From the NCBI RefSeq assembly GCF_902713615.1, contig NC_052152.1, positions 37,733,810-37,797,809 of the forward strand: a stretch of 64,000 nucleotides of DNA, written 5' to 3'. Of the stretch, positions 38,613 through 51,877 are shown piece after piece. Numbering within the stretch: the stretch's first letter is position 1; each line of letters opens with the position of its first letter. The stretch comes from Scyliorhinus canicula. Taxonomy: Eukaryota. Under the pieces are notes generated by a model. That model was given only the letters and a program-made list of their open reading frames with translations, ran no database searches and had not been told where the DNA came from. The translations under genes and the position numbers were made by a program.

Positions 38613-41444
38613 TTACTTTCCTTCGACACTCAAGTTGAAATGAAAGATTTGTTTGCATACTTTCACATTAAATAGTCAATAGTTATTAAAGGCACAAGTA
38701 CACATCCTCAGAGTCCAAACTAAAACTATTCGTTTGTTGTTGAGACCAAGCAAAACAATCACAAAAGGTGCATTTTGGCTTATAAGACTTCCAATGTCTG
38801 ATTATTCTCCACTTTCCACCCCCCACCACCAAAACAAAATGCAGAAGCACATCTCTGCTTGACAATGCTGACACGCTAAATATTCCTGAAGAAAATATTT
38901 AAAGTTACGATGATTGGAAATTGAGTGGATCTGCTGGGCTAATAAAACAGTCAAATAAAGTAAAGTGGCCCTACCATTGATGATGATGCCTGAAGTTGTC
39001 CAGCCCTTGAGCTCTAATATTCCTCCTCTCAATCTCTCTACTCCTTAAAATCCACCTCTGACCAACGTTACGATCCCAGTTAATGTTGTAACTGAACGGG
39101 AAGAATGGAACCCTGGCTCAAAAGATTGCAACTTTTTAATAACAAAACGTGGAGGAACAGTCGCAGGACTACTAATTCTTTTTAACAACAAGAAAAAAAC
39201 ATTAAATATTAATGAAGGAGCTGTGCTCCGAAAGCTAGTGATTCAAAATAAACCTGCTGGACTTTAACCTGGTGTTATAAGACTTCATATTGTGCCCACC
39301 CCAGTCCAATGCCAGCATCTCCACATCATTAAAAAAATGGATTATGATACAATATTCCTTTACTCACGCTTTAGCTTAACAATTACACGTAGATTTTAAG
39401 ATTATAATGGATTACAAAATACATCTTTTCTTTTTAAATTTAGAGCACCCAATTATTTTTTTTCAAATTAAGGGGCAATTTGCATGGCCAATCCATCTAA
39501 CCAGCGCAGCTTTTGGGTTGTGGGGGTGAAACCCATGCAAACATGGGGAGAATGTGCAAACTTCACATGGACAGGGCCAGGATTTGAACCCGGAGCCATA
39601 GTCTCAGTGCTAATCACTGTGCCGCCGTGCTGCCCTACAAAGTGCATCTTAAGCTATAATGGTCTCATTAACACACAGCCCCTTTAAAGCACATAAGATC
39701 ACTGTGGTACGACACACTGCTCTCTGAACCCAAATGAATGTCTGTGGACTTCTCCCCAAAATCCCACCAGATGATTCTTAGACCTTGAGCCACCTTGTCT
39801 CACTGAACTTCAACTTCCACACGACTGATTTCAAATTCCACTTTCAAACATCACACCATCAAATCTTCTTTTAAATTATGTTTTCCATTTGCTGCTTCCA
39901 CTAAGGTTTTGCTTTCAGGTTTTAAACCTCTGTCTTCAGGTTTCCTTTGTCTTAAAAGCTCCGAGATCCACTGATTTCTACAATTATTTAAAATATGGTC
40001 TCCCCAAACTGTAATAATTTCTCACAAACCTCAACACTACTGCAGATATCTTTCTGGTGTTAGGAAAACAAAGGTAATTTTAAGGAATTTATATTCATAT
40101 TGGTAACATTAGAAATAAGGTATAGCTTTAAGTATGTTTAATTTAATGTTTCTGTACCTGGAAGGGTAAACATATAGTTAGATGCTTGCTGAACAAAGGT
40201 GTTTGTATGCATGGGGATTGCTTAAGTTTGAACTGTGCTTAGAGGGGCTGCGGCATGAAGAATAAATAAACCAGTGTGGTTGCTTAGCAAACAGAGCCTT
40301 GTAAAGTAGAGAAGCTTTTAAGTTCTAGTTTAACTAATTTGTGAGCAGTTGAAAATAGGCAGCTCTCACAGTTCTGCTAGAAGTAGTTGGCTTAGAAGGC
40401 TAGAGTGGGTACATCTCTATCAGCTTTGCGAGAAGAAAAGCCATACCATGGAATAATGGTGAATAAACAAGTGCAGAGATCTGAAGAGCAGCTAGTTAAG
40501 GAAACTAGAGAAATGAAGAGAAGTTTCCAAGACATCTGAGGTTAAAGTGCTGGAACAGAGCACTGTTCAATAAAGACAGACAGAGCTGAGAAGGCTGAGA
40601 CAACAGAAAAATATCTGAAGTGATTTTCCAGTTTGTGAGCTTTTACTACAACCTGTAGAACATGAGTTGAAATAACTATGGAAATCGATGGCTTGATCTC
40701 GGGAGTTTGTGCACAAGCAGTTGAAACAAAGAAATACTGAAGGAATGGGGTAAAATCTTGGACTGGATGTGCTAAAAGTGAAGCTTTTGTTTAAAAGTGT
40801 CAATTTGGAAAACCTGGTCTGCATTCGGACTGCAAACCACTAAGGGAAAGCATAATTATGAGAGAAGATTTTAAAGCATGATTTTGGGAGAGGAGTGTGG
40901 AAACTCTCATAACAATCATCAGGGGGATGATGAGGAGACATCCACAAATATTCACTTGAGGTCAGTGCGAAGTGTATTTAAAAAAAATAAATTTAGAGTA
41001 CCCAATTATTTTTTTTTCCAATTAAGGGACAATTTAGCCTGGCCAATCCACCTAACCGATGCATCTTTGGGTTGTGGAGATGAAACCCATACAGTCAGGG
41101 GGAGAATGCAAACTCCACATGAACAGTGAACCAGGGCCAGGATTTGAACCCTGTCCTCAGTGCCGTAAGTTGCTGTGCTAGCCAGTGCCATGTGCCGCCC
41201 TTGAGGGGAGTGTATTTGATCACAGTGTTTACAAGAGACCATTTTAAATTAAGTTTAAAGTTTAAATCTTTGTTAATCTTAAAACCTGTGTGTAATTGTT
41301 AAGGTAAGGGAGGGGGGAATAAAGGTACATTGTACATAATCAAATTTTTAAATGTTTAATAAAATGTCTTGTTCAAACTATACATGATGTGGAGATGCTG
41401 GCATTGGACTGGAGTGAGCACAGTAAGAAATCTTACAACACCAG

Positions 41445-44400
41445 TGATGCACTATGAATTGACCACAGAAGCGAAGTTGTAGTCCGAAACTGAAGGCTTT
41501 AATAGACAAGATGTTTCCCCAGCAGCTCAGGTATAGAAAGGAAGCTGTGGGAAACACACGGGCTCTTATACCCGGCCTTACAGGGCGGAGCTACCTTACA
41601 GCTCTAACCAATAGGTGACTAGTGTTACATACCATTGGGCCTATGAGCAATGAGCCTTCTCCACCAATGGTGTCTCGGCATTGCTAGTTACCGTAATACC
41701 TCTGGTCATACTACCACATTCACCCCCTGTTGAAAAAGAATCCGGCGAGGGGGTTGTCCTTTGATATCGACGGAGCTTCGACGGAGACGTCGGTGGAGGT
41801 GCAGACGTCTGTGACTCCGGGAGCGTGGATCCATTCCCCGCAGCGGCTTCAACACTCAACACCCCTAGATGGCGCTGGTGAGGGTGGCTGATCCAGGGAG
41901 GGGGCATCCAGACTTCTAGATGGCGCTGGTGGGGGGGTTCACTGGCCAGTGAAGGGAGTGTCTGTACAGTGCTATGGTGGGCGGGGTATCCAGGCAGGGC
42001 CGGCGGGAAAAATGGTTGTCCAGGGCAGGAGGCGACAGTGAGGTGCACCGGTGGGGGGAGGGCGGGGCTGCTGGCGAGGGTGGGGATCAGACGGGCGGCA
42101 GGTCCCGTAGAGAGACCGTGTCTTGTCGGCCGTCGGGGTACTCCACATACGCGTACTGGGGGTTAGCGTGGAGTAACTGGACCCTCTCGACCAACGGATC
42201 CGACTTGTGCGCCCGCACGTGTTTCCGGAGCAGGATGGGCCTGGGGGCTGCCAGCCAGGTCGGGAGCGAGGTCCCTGAGGAGGACTTCCTAGGGAAGACA
42301 AGGAGACGTTCATGAGGAGTTTGGTTAGTTGCAGTGCAGAGCCGAGACCGGATGGAGTGGAGGGTGTCTGGGAGGACCTCCTGCCAGCGGGGGACTGGGA
42401 GATTTTTGGACCGTAGGGTCAGTAGAATGGTCTTCCAGACTGTTCCGTTCTACCTCTTGACCTGTCCGTTACCCCGGGGGTTGTAACTGGTCGTCCTGCT
42501 CAAGGCAATGCCTTTGCTAAGCAGGAATTGACGCAGTTCGTCACTCATAAAAGAGGATCCCCTATCACAGTGTATGTAGGCGGTGTGGTGAATGTGATTC
42601 ACACTATATATAGTTGCCAATATCACTCCATGTATATATGTTCGTTATCTACCCAATGTAAGTGCAGTTGCACTATCCGACCACCAGGGGGAGTCGCTCT
42701 GGGAGTACGCGAGAGTTTGTACTGGGCTCCTCCCTTGGCTCCGCCCAGGACCCCTCCCCCTGGGACCGATGTATAAAGATCAGTGCCGTAGAGCCAGCCT
42801 GCCAGTTCACCTGAAGTTCAACGATGAATAGGCTGCCTCTATTGTAAGTGTATTAAAGCCTCTGTTTAGATCCCAACTACACGTGTTCGCTGAATTGATG
42901 GTTCCATCAGGCGGGGAATCCGAACAGGGAAAAAGTGCTGTGGAGTACTTTAATGATGGTGGTTGTGGTCATGTCGGGGCAGGGGATGGCGAATGGGAAG
43001 CGGGAGGACTCGTCAATCACGTTGAGGAAGTACGTGTTATGGTTGGTAGAGGGGAGGGGACCTTTGAAGTCCATGCTGAGGCGTTCAAAGGGACGGGAGG
43101 CCTTTATCAGATGCGCTTTCTCCGGACGGTAGAAGTGTGGCTTGCACTCCACGCAGATGTGGCAGTTCCTAGTGACTGTCCTGACCTTCTCGATGGAGTA
43201 GGGGAGGTTGCGGGTCTTTATGAAATGGAAGAAATGAGTAACCCCCGGGTGGCAGAGGCCCTCGTGAAGGGCTCGGAGGCAGTCCACTTGTGCGTTGGCA
43301 CATGTGCTGCGGGACAGGGCATCAGGAGGCTCGTTTAGCTTCCCGGGACGATACAGGATCTCGTAGTTATAGGTGGATAATTCGATCCTCCACCGCAAGA
43401 TCTTATCATTCTTTATCTTGCCTGCTGTGCATTGTCAAACATGAAAGCTACCAACCATTGGTCCGTGAGGAGGGTAAACCTCCTGCCGGTCAGATAAAGC
43501 CTCCAATGTCACACAGCTTCTACTATGGCCTGTGCTTCCTTCTCGACCAAAGAGTGGCGGATTTCGGAAGCATGGAGGGTACGGGACAAGAAGGCCACGG
43601 GTCTGCCCGCTTGGTTGAGGGTGGCTGCCAGAGCTACGGACGCGTTGCTCTCGACTTGGAAGGGGAGGGACTCGTCGATGGCGCACATCGTGGCCTTTGC
43701 AATGTCTGCTTTGATGCGGCTGAAGGCCTGGCGGGCCTCTGTCGACAGGGGGAAAGTAGTTGTTTGGATGAGAGGACGGGCTTTGTCGGCGTAGTTGGGG
43801 ACCCACTGAGCGTAATAAGACCGAGACCCCATTAGTGACACCGAAAGGAACCCTTAAGAAGTGGTAGAGCCGCCCATCTGCCTCAAAGGCAGTGTACTTG
43901 CGATCACTCGCGCGGATGGGGAGCTGGTGGTAGTCGGACTTGAGGTCCACCGTGGAGAAGACCTTGTATTGTGCGATCCTGTTTACCAGGTCGGATATGC
44001 GAGGGAGCGGGTACGCGTCCAGCTGCGTAAACCTGTTGATGGTCTGACTGTAGTCTATGACCATCCTATTCTTCTCCCCGGTCTTTACCACCATTACTTG
44101 GGCTCTCCAGGGGCTGTTGCTAGCCTCGATGACCCCTTCCCTCAGGAGCCATTGGACCTCGGACCTGATGAACGTCCGATCCTGGGCACTGTACCGTCTG
44201 CTCCTGGTGTCGACGGGTTTGTAATCCGGGGTGAGGTTTGCAAATAGGGAGAGGGATCGACCTTGAGGGTCGCGAGGCTGCAGCCAGTGAGGGGGGATAT
44301 AGGGCCGCCGAATTTGAAAGTTAGACTTTGGAGTTTGCACTGGAAATCTAACACTAGGAGAGTGGCTGCGCAGAGGTGGGGGAGGACATAGAGCCTGTAG

Positions 44401-45989
44401 TTCTTGAACTCCCTCCCTTGGACCGTGAGGTTTGCTACACAATACCCTTTGATTGCAACTGAATGGGAGCCAGAGGCCAGGCCAATTTTTTGATTGATGG
44501 GGTGGACAGGAAGAGAATAGCGCCTTACCATTTCTGGGTGTATAAAGCTCTCCGTGCTCCCAGACTCGAGTAGACAGGACGTCTCGTGCCTGTTGATTAA
44601 TACCGTTGTCGTTCCTGTGGAGAGGGTTCGGGGTCGAGACTGGTCCAAGGTCACCGATGCCGAACGTGGCAGGAGTTCGGAATCGTCTTCGGGTGATCAC
44701 CCGTGCTGGGGTCCTTGGAGCCGGTCCAAGTTGGCGGCGCCCACTGGTCACACATGGCTGGGGTGGACAAAATGGCGGCGCCCATCCCCCGCACGTGGCG
44801 TCGGCAGAGCAAGATGGCGGCTACTGGGGGCCCCACGTGGCGCTGGGGGAGGAAGCTGGTGATGTTCGTGGGCCGCTCGGGGCCCGTGGAGAGGGCTGGA
44901 GCGGCGATCTGCACTCGCCGCCTGAAACCACAGCGACCGCCCGGGCCTGGCAGACTACCATGAAATGGCCCTTTTTGCCGCACCCCTTACACGTTGCCGA
45001 ACGGGCTGGGCAGTGCTGTCAGGGGTGTTTCGCCTGCCCGCAGAAATAGCAACGGGGCCCAGCAGGGTTGCCGGGGCGTTTCGCAGTGCAGGCCTGAGGC
45101 GATTCCGAGCCCGCTGGAGGGGCATTCCATGCTGCCCAGGGGGCCACCGCGCAGTCGGGGGCGTAGGCGCGGGCATTCTGGGAGGCCACATCCAGTGAAT
45201 CAGCGAGGGCCCGTGCCTCCTTGAGGCCCAGAGTGTCTTTTTCGAGCAGTCTCTGGCGGATTTGCGGGGACTGCATACCCGTAACAAAAGCGTCCCGGAA
45301 CAAAAGTTCAGTATTTTCGTTAGCCAAAACTTGTGAGCAGCTGCAGTTTCTCCCTAGCACGAGGAGCGCACGATAGAACTTGTCTAGTGATTCACCAAGG
45401 CTCTGCCGTCTCGTTGTCAGTAGGTGCCGGGCGTAGACTTGGTTTACTGGGCGGATATAATGTCCTTTAGTAGTTCCATTGCGGAATCGTAATCTGTAGC
45501 ATCCTCGATGAGCATGTAGATGTCCGGGCCCACTCTCGAGTGTAAGATCTGTAGTTTCTGCTCCCTCGTGGGTGTGCTTTCTGCCGTGCTGAGGTAGCCA
45601 TTGAAACAAGCTAACCAGTGCTTAAAGGTTGCTGCTGCGTTTGCCGCGTGGGGGCTGAGTTGTAGACTCTCCGGCTCGATGCGGAGCTCCATTCTTTAAA
45701 ACTTGTCTATTAAATTGATGCACAATCAATTGACCACAGAAGCGAAGTTGTAGTCTGAAACTGAAGGCTTTAATAGACAAGATGTTTCCCCAGCAGCTCA
45801 GGTACAGAAAGGAAGCTGTGGGGAACACACGGGCTATTATACCCCGCCTTACAGGGCGGAGCCAACTTACAGCTCTAGCCAATGGGTGACTAGTGTTACA
45901 TACCATTGGGCCAATCAGCAATTAGCCTTCTCCACCAATAGTGTCTCGGCATTGGTAGTTACCGTAATACCTCTAGTCATACTACCACA
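41445..45989 (-). mobile_element. Gypsy LTR retrotransposon, two 274-bp LTRs, disrupted gag-pol
   Basis: LTRs 41445-41718 and 45716-45989 (TGTGG...CATCA on minus; ~17 differences by eye); gag from 45692 with CCHC knuckles (CYFCGQAKH); protease LESGS; RT (SPWRAQV, RMVIDY, FGVTNG); RNase H (EKEAQAIV); integrase HHCC and DFKGP; PPT at ~41719-41736. Confidence 0.93.
42584..42909 (+). mobile_element. Solo LTR of a related Gypsy family inserted in the integrase gene
   Basis: TGTGG...CATCA termini, 5-bp TSD GGCGG (42579-42583, 42910-42914), TATAAA at ~42772, ATTAAA at ~42853. Confidence 0.9.
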
Positions 45990-46035
45990 TTCAAGTTAAA
46001 GTCCAACAGGTTTCTTTCAAACCTCATTTCCTCAT

Positions 46036-46072
46036 TCACCTGAGGAAGGAGCAGTGCTCCGAAAGCTAGTGA
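46036..46072 (+). ncRNA. Minimal type-I hammerhead ribozyme motif (Penelope-associated)
   Basis: TCAC-CTGAGGA-A-GGAGC-AGT-GCTCC-GAAA-GC-TA-GTGA: CUGANGA and GAAA cores, 5-bp stem II, palindromic AGCU helix III, helix I UCAC/GUGA. Confidence 0.7.
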
Positions 46073-46129
46073 TTTGAAGCAAACCTGTTGGACTTTAACT
46101 TTGTATTATAACTATCAGCAGTCGTTTAA

Positions 46130-47705
46130 AAAAAATATATTTTTATTAGGGTATTTGCAAATTTTTATAATAATAACATTAACAGCGACATAAACATGGT
46201 ACAATAAGCATTTCCAACCCAATCCCAATCTTCACCCCCTCCCCCCCCCCCCCCCCCCCCCAACAATAAGAAGAAAAAAATCAGTCTGGCCCTCAACCCC
46301 CCCCCCACTTTTGGAATTCTGCTGACATTTTAATTTTCCCCGAGAAAGTCGACGAACGGCTGCCACACGGCGAACCCTACCATTGACCCTCTTATGGCGA
46401 CTGAGAAACCCAGCCATGTCACTAACCCAGGTCTCTGCACTCGGGGGCTTCGAGTTCCTCCACATTAATAAGATCCGTCTCCGGGCTACCAGGGAGGCAA
46501 AGGCCAGGACGTCGGCCTCTTTCACACCCTGAACTCCCGGATCTTCTGACACTCCAAAGATCGCTACCTCTGGACTCGGCACCACCCGTGTTTTGAGTAC
46601 CGTGGACATTGTCTTAGCAAAATCCTGCCAAAACCCTCTCAGCTTCCTGCGCACCTCACATACCTGTCCTCCACCCCAGAAACCTTGCTCAACCGGGCCA
46701 CCGTCATGTGTGAGATGATGAGGATTAACACATGATGAGGTTGTGTTAATCCTGCTTAGGGTTTCCGCCCACAGTCCCTCCTCTATCACTCTCCCCAGCT
46801 CATCTTCCCACTTGCCCTTGAGCTCCTCCACTGGAGTTTCCTCCAATTCCAAATGTTCCTGGTAAATATCTGATACCTTCCCCTCCCCCACTCAGGTACT
46901 GGAGACTACTCTGTTCTGTATCCCCCGTGGCGGCAGCAGCGGGAAAGCCGGAACCTGCTTTCTCAGGAAGTCTCGCATCTGCAGATACCTAAACCCATTC
47001 CCAGCTGGCAATTCAAATTTATCCTCCAAGGCTTTCAAGCTGGGGAAGCACCCGTCTATAAATATATCCCCCATCCTCCTAATTCCTGCCCTTTGCCAAC
47101 TCCGGAACCCACCATCCAGCCTACCAGGTACAAACCGATGATTATTATAAATCGGGGTCCAAAGCGATGCTCCCTCCACTCTCTTATATCTCCTCCACTG
47201 CCCCCAGATTCTCAGAGCTGCCACCACCGGACTTGTGGAGTATCGGGCCAGCGAGAACGGGAGAGGTGCCGTTATCAGTGCTCCCAAACTGGTGTCTTTA
47301 CATGACGCCGCCTCCATCCGCTCCCACACCGACCCCTCCCCCACTACCCACTTCCTATTCATGACTATATTAGCCGCCCAGTAGTAATTTCAAAAGTTCG
47401 GCAGCGCCAACCCCCACCCCCCAGCGACACTTTCTTCACTTGTGGGTTTTACCCGCCCACACAAAGCCCAAAATAACCTTATTCACCCGCTTGAAAAAGG
47501 CCCTCGGGATGAAGATGGGGAGGCACTGAAAAACAAAGAGAAATCTGGGGAGGTCCGTCATTTTCACAATCTGTACCCTCTCCGCCAGTGACAGCAGAAG
47601 CATGTCCCATCTCTTAAAGTCCTCTTACATTTGTTTTACGAGCTGGGATAGGTTTAACTTGTGCAGTGCCTCCCATTCTCGAGCCACCTGGATTCCCAGA
47701 TATCA
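46130..47705 (-). mobile_element. 5'-truncated L1-clade LINE (ORF2 C-terminus + 3'UTR)
   Basis: LPNF.NYYWAAN, FRYLQMRDF, FASLVARRRILL.W motifs; G-rich 3'UTR and AATAAA near 46142. Confidence 0.8.
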
Positions 47706-49659
47706 AACTATTAGTAACTCTTTACTCCATTGCCCCCTCTAAGCACAATAGAATCACAGTTGGAATTACAAACACCTTTGTCCAGCAGGAATCCAACCAT
47801 AGGTTTTACCCTTCTGGGCACAGAAACATTAAATTAAACCCACATAAAACTATACCTTATTTCTAATGCTTACCAATAATTACCTATATTTTCCTAACAC
47901 CAAGTTTTTAGTCACCCATCTTAATATCTTTTGTTGGCTCAGTGTTATTGTTTTCTGGTTTTGCCTTTTCTGTTTCCTACACTAACACTTCTATGTAAAT
48001 AGATGTGTCACAGTATGACAAGTCAATAAGCTTCCATGTGAAGAATGATCATTGGATCTAAAGCCAAGCATGAATCAACACTTCGGGGGCAGCACGGTGG
48101 TGCAGTGAATAGCACTGCTGCCTCAAGGCGCCGAGGTCCCAGGTTCGATGCTGGCTCTGGGTCACTGTCCGTGTGGAGTTTGCACTTCCTCCCCATGTTT
48201 GCGTGGGTTTTGCCCCCACAATCCAAAGATGTGCAGGGTAGGTGGATTGGCCACGCTAAATTGCCCCTTAATTGGAAAAAATGAATTGGGTAAATTTATT
48301 TTTAAAAAATGAATCAGCACTTCAAGGAAGCAACTGGAGGGAGCAATAAGGTTGCATTCATTCAATTTAGAACTGAAAGATATGTGCTGGCATTCAAAAA
48401 CAATACTTCAATTAAATACAGATTGAAACTGCATTAATATTTTGTCAGTGGGGCAATGTTTTAAGAAATTATGCACCTACAAAATACTTGTGGGTACAAG
48501 TGTTTGAATCCTTTATCAACTCCCATTGGAAGCAGTCGGTTATTCAATCCTCCCACAAGTCTACCTGACATGCGGGTAATGTTGGAAATATCAAAGCTTT
48601 ATACAATGCTTTTAATTTTAAGTGCCATTTTTGTACACGTCATTTATTAAAACTGGTACCCAGAAGAAACATAGTAGAAATTCCATCTTGCTCTACTCGC
48701 ATTATATCAATATGGAGCACCCACAAGTTAGCTGATTTTGACTTTTAAGTTCATTATCATTAAAATATAATGTTGCAGAGTAAAGTAAAATGCTCCACCA
48801 GCTACTAAACACTGGCATTATAAGTTATTACAGAGGTGTGGAGGCAAAATCACCAAACCTTGATACCTACTCCACTATTCTGTTAATAAAACTCTGAGGA
48901 AAGGAAACATATTGTGGCGGAAAGTAAAATTGAGCATCTTTTATTGAAATATTTGGTCATCATAAGGTTATTATCAAGGTAGGATTCTGGTTATACTCTG
49001 AAGTACTTAATTTCAACAGGGTGATTGACACATTGAAAGCTCATCTGCGATACATCTTATTGTATCTAGCACTATTTTGGATATAGAGGCAGCAATGGTC
49101 CCATTCAAAATAATTAGTGACTGACAGTGCAGGTTTAAAAAAGTTTATTGGACAAATAAAAACTTCAGATGACTTAGCTGCTGGGTAATGTCTAGCGAGC
49201 TGGCATCAACAACCTTCAAGATTCTCAATTGATTTCATTGCTGAAATGCTGCCCTATCCTCACAAAGCCTTATATATTTCAGAGCCCAAGTCAGCACACC
49301 AGCGTTATAGACCCACTCACCAACAACAATGAACTGCAGGGTAAATCATTTGAATGCATTATTTTTATTTGTAAAACCCAATACGGAAGGGTTTCCATCA
49401 GCCAGTTGAAATGTGGAACATTGTAAATACTTCCCATCCCATTACGCTACATCCCAGTCTTTACTAATGGGCCGTATACATTGAAAATCCCAAATATGAC
49501 ATGTTGTTTTAAATGTCTTGGTCACAAAATTTATTTTGACTAAATATAAGTAACGTTTTGTTGAATATTTGGTCTCTGCAGTGTGATCACTTTCCTGAAC
49601 ACATCCACTCTGCTCCAAAGTGCAACTCTGAGCTTTATGCTGTGTGGCAATTCAATGGG

Positions 49660-49775
49660 ACTCCATTCCACTCTGACCATTCATGCTCTTCCAATGGAGC
49701 TCAACATGTTCTTGAGGAACAGCACCTTGTCTTGGCACTCTGGCCTCAATTTGACTTTTAATAACTTCAAAGCTG
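49660..49775 (+). mobile_element. Penelope ORF C-terminal (GIY-YIG end) remnant
   Basis: LEEQHL...GL...FNNF-like peptide typical of the Penelope ORF end. Confidence 0.45.
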
Positions 49776-49999
49776 AACTAAATTACTCTCTCGTGCTCTA
49801 AGTGTTAGTCATGTTGGACAGGCACACACGTGTTTTGGGGAATGGGGAACGTGAGAGGGGAACACTGTGCTGGTGGGATCGTCTGCACACTTGATGTTGA
49901 CTTGCCTTTCTGTTCCACCAGACTCCGATTGCTGAAGTCTGTTCATTTTGGCAGTTTTTCCATAATTCCCTTTTGACTTGTCCATCAACATCCTGGGGA

Positions 50000-50620
50000 T
50001 GGCATTGACCAGCAACTGAACTGGACCAGTATATAAATACCATGGCTATAAGAGATGGTCAGAGGCTAGGTATGCTGCAGTGAGTTCTCATCTCCTGACA
50101 CCTCAAAGCCAGTCCATCATCTACACGGCACAAGTGAGGAGTGATGGAATAGTCTCCCCTTACCTGGATGAGTGCAGCCCTTACAACTCTGAAGAAGCTC
50201 AACACCGTCTAGACAAAGCAGCCCACTCAATTCGCTCCCCCTCCACAAATATTCACTTTCTCCATCACTGATGCACAGTGTGTACCATCTACATGATGCA
50301 CAGCAGGAACTCAACTAGGCTCCTTTGTCAGCACCTTCCAAGCCCACAATCACTACCAAGGACAGGGGCAGCAGATAACTGGGTATGCCACCACCTAGAA
50401 GTTCCCCTCCAAGCTACTCACCACCCTGACTTGGAAGTATACCACCATTCCTTCACTGTCACTGGGTCAAAATCCTGGAACCACTTCCCTAACAGCACTG
50501 TTGGTATACCTACACCACATGGACTGCTGCATGTGGCAGCTGATCACCACCTTCCTGAGGATAATTGGGGATGGGCAATAAATGCTGGCCTAGCCAGTGA
50601 CACCTGTATCCCATGAATGT
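50000..50620 (+). mobile_element. Old CR1/L2-group LINE 3' fragment
   Basis: IYTAQVRS and SWNHFPNS peptides; 3' end GATGGGCAATAAATGCTGGCCTAGCCAG also at 32925-33025 and 37285-37630. Confidence 0.6.
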
Positions 50621-51439
50621 ATTTTAAAAACTGCCTACTTGCGCACTTCTCACATACTGTGGCATATGGAAGAAGAGGTCTTTCAATCGTGCTGTACCAT
50701 TCAATAGGATCATAGCTGACCATCTACCTCAACTTCACCTTCCTGAACAACTCTCTGACCAAAGATCCACAACATTTTGAGTGAAGAACTGGTTCCAGAT
50801 CTCAATGAAATGTTTATGTATTTTAAGTCTCATTGTGCCTGCTGTCCATATTAGTTCTGCACTAATTTCCAGTCCCTATTGCAGCAATTTACAGGTAATT
50901 CTAGATCTTTTCCTGTGTACGAGGTCAGTCTGTGTGTGCTTTTTTCTCTCTTTCTCCCAGATCTGTTCTTTCTTAAATGTTGTTCAGTTGTAATATGTTT
51001 CATTCCACGGAAAGGTTTTCTTCCCAAAATGCCAGTTAATTTGTTTTCCTCAGCCAATGCTGCTTGACTTGCTAAATGTCTCTATTGATTTCTGCTTGCA
51101 TAAGGATTAGGAGCAGTAAACCATTTGGCTTCCGTGAGTCTGCTCTGCTATTCGATAAGACCATGGCTGATCTGACTGAGGCCTCAAATCCACTTCCGTG
51201 CGTACCTCCTATATCCTTTCACTCCTTTGTAGCACATGGTTAGCACTGTTGCTTCACAGCCCCAGGGACCCGGGTTCGATTTCTGGCTTGGGTTACTGTG
51301 TGGAGCCTGCACGTTCTCCCCGTGTCTACATGTTTTTTCTCCGGTTTCCTCCCACAATTTCCGAAAGACGTGCTGCTAGGTGAATTGGACATTCTGTGTT
51401 CTCCCTCTGTCTACCCGAATAGGCGCTGTGGTGTGGCGG

Positions 51440-51877
51440 CACTGAGACCTGGCATTTTTCAAACAGAGCTGCAGGAAATGTGGCTTTGGATTCCAGAGAG
51501 GTAATACTTTCAAAAACTTGGAGAAAATAAATTTGGAGATGAAATGAAAAATGAAAATCGCTTATTGTCACGAGTAGGCTTCAATGAAGTTACTGTGAAA
51601 AGCCCCTAGTCGCCACATTCCGGCGCCTGTCCGGGGAGGCTGGTACGGGAAGATAGGGTAGTTTCCAAGATAGTGGTTATCATAAGAGCATTTTATTGGA
51701 AAGACAAGTTTTGAAAACAGCAGTACCTCAGGAGAAGAAACTATTTACAATGTCAATTCACATGAGCACCAAGAAGAAGGTTGAGTGCTGAGCAGTGTAG
51801 TGGGCCTGGGGTCAAGATAGGAACTGGGTCATGAGTAAGATGAGCTTATACAGGTGGTAGAGGAAATGGAAGAAAAA
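51440..51877 (+). repeat. Local dispersed duplication of 55004-55332
   Basis: Near-identical ~330-bp copy of TXNL4B intron-2 sequence, later interrupted by a SINE (51541-51650). Confidence 0.92.

Noticed and set aside
43435-44751. 438-aa ORF as a host gene
   Set aside because: It is frameshifted Gypsy pol; only its middle part is in the RT frame
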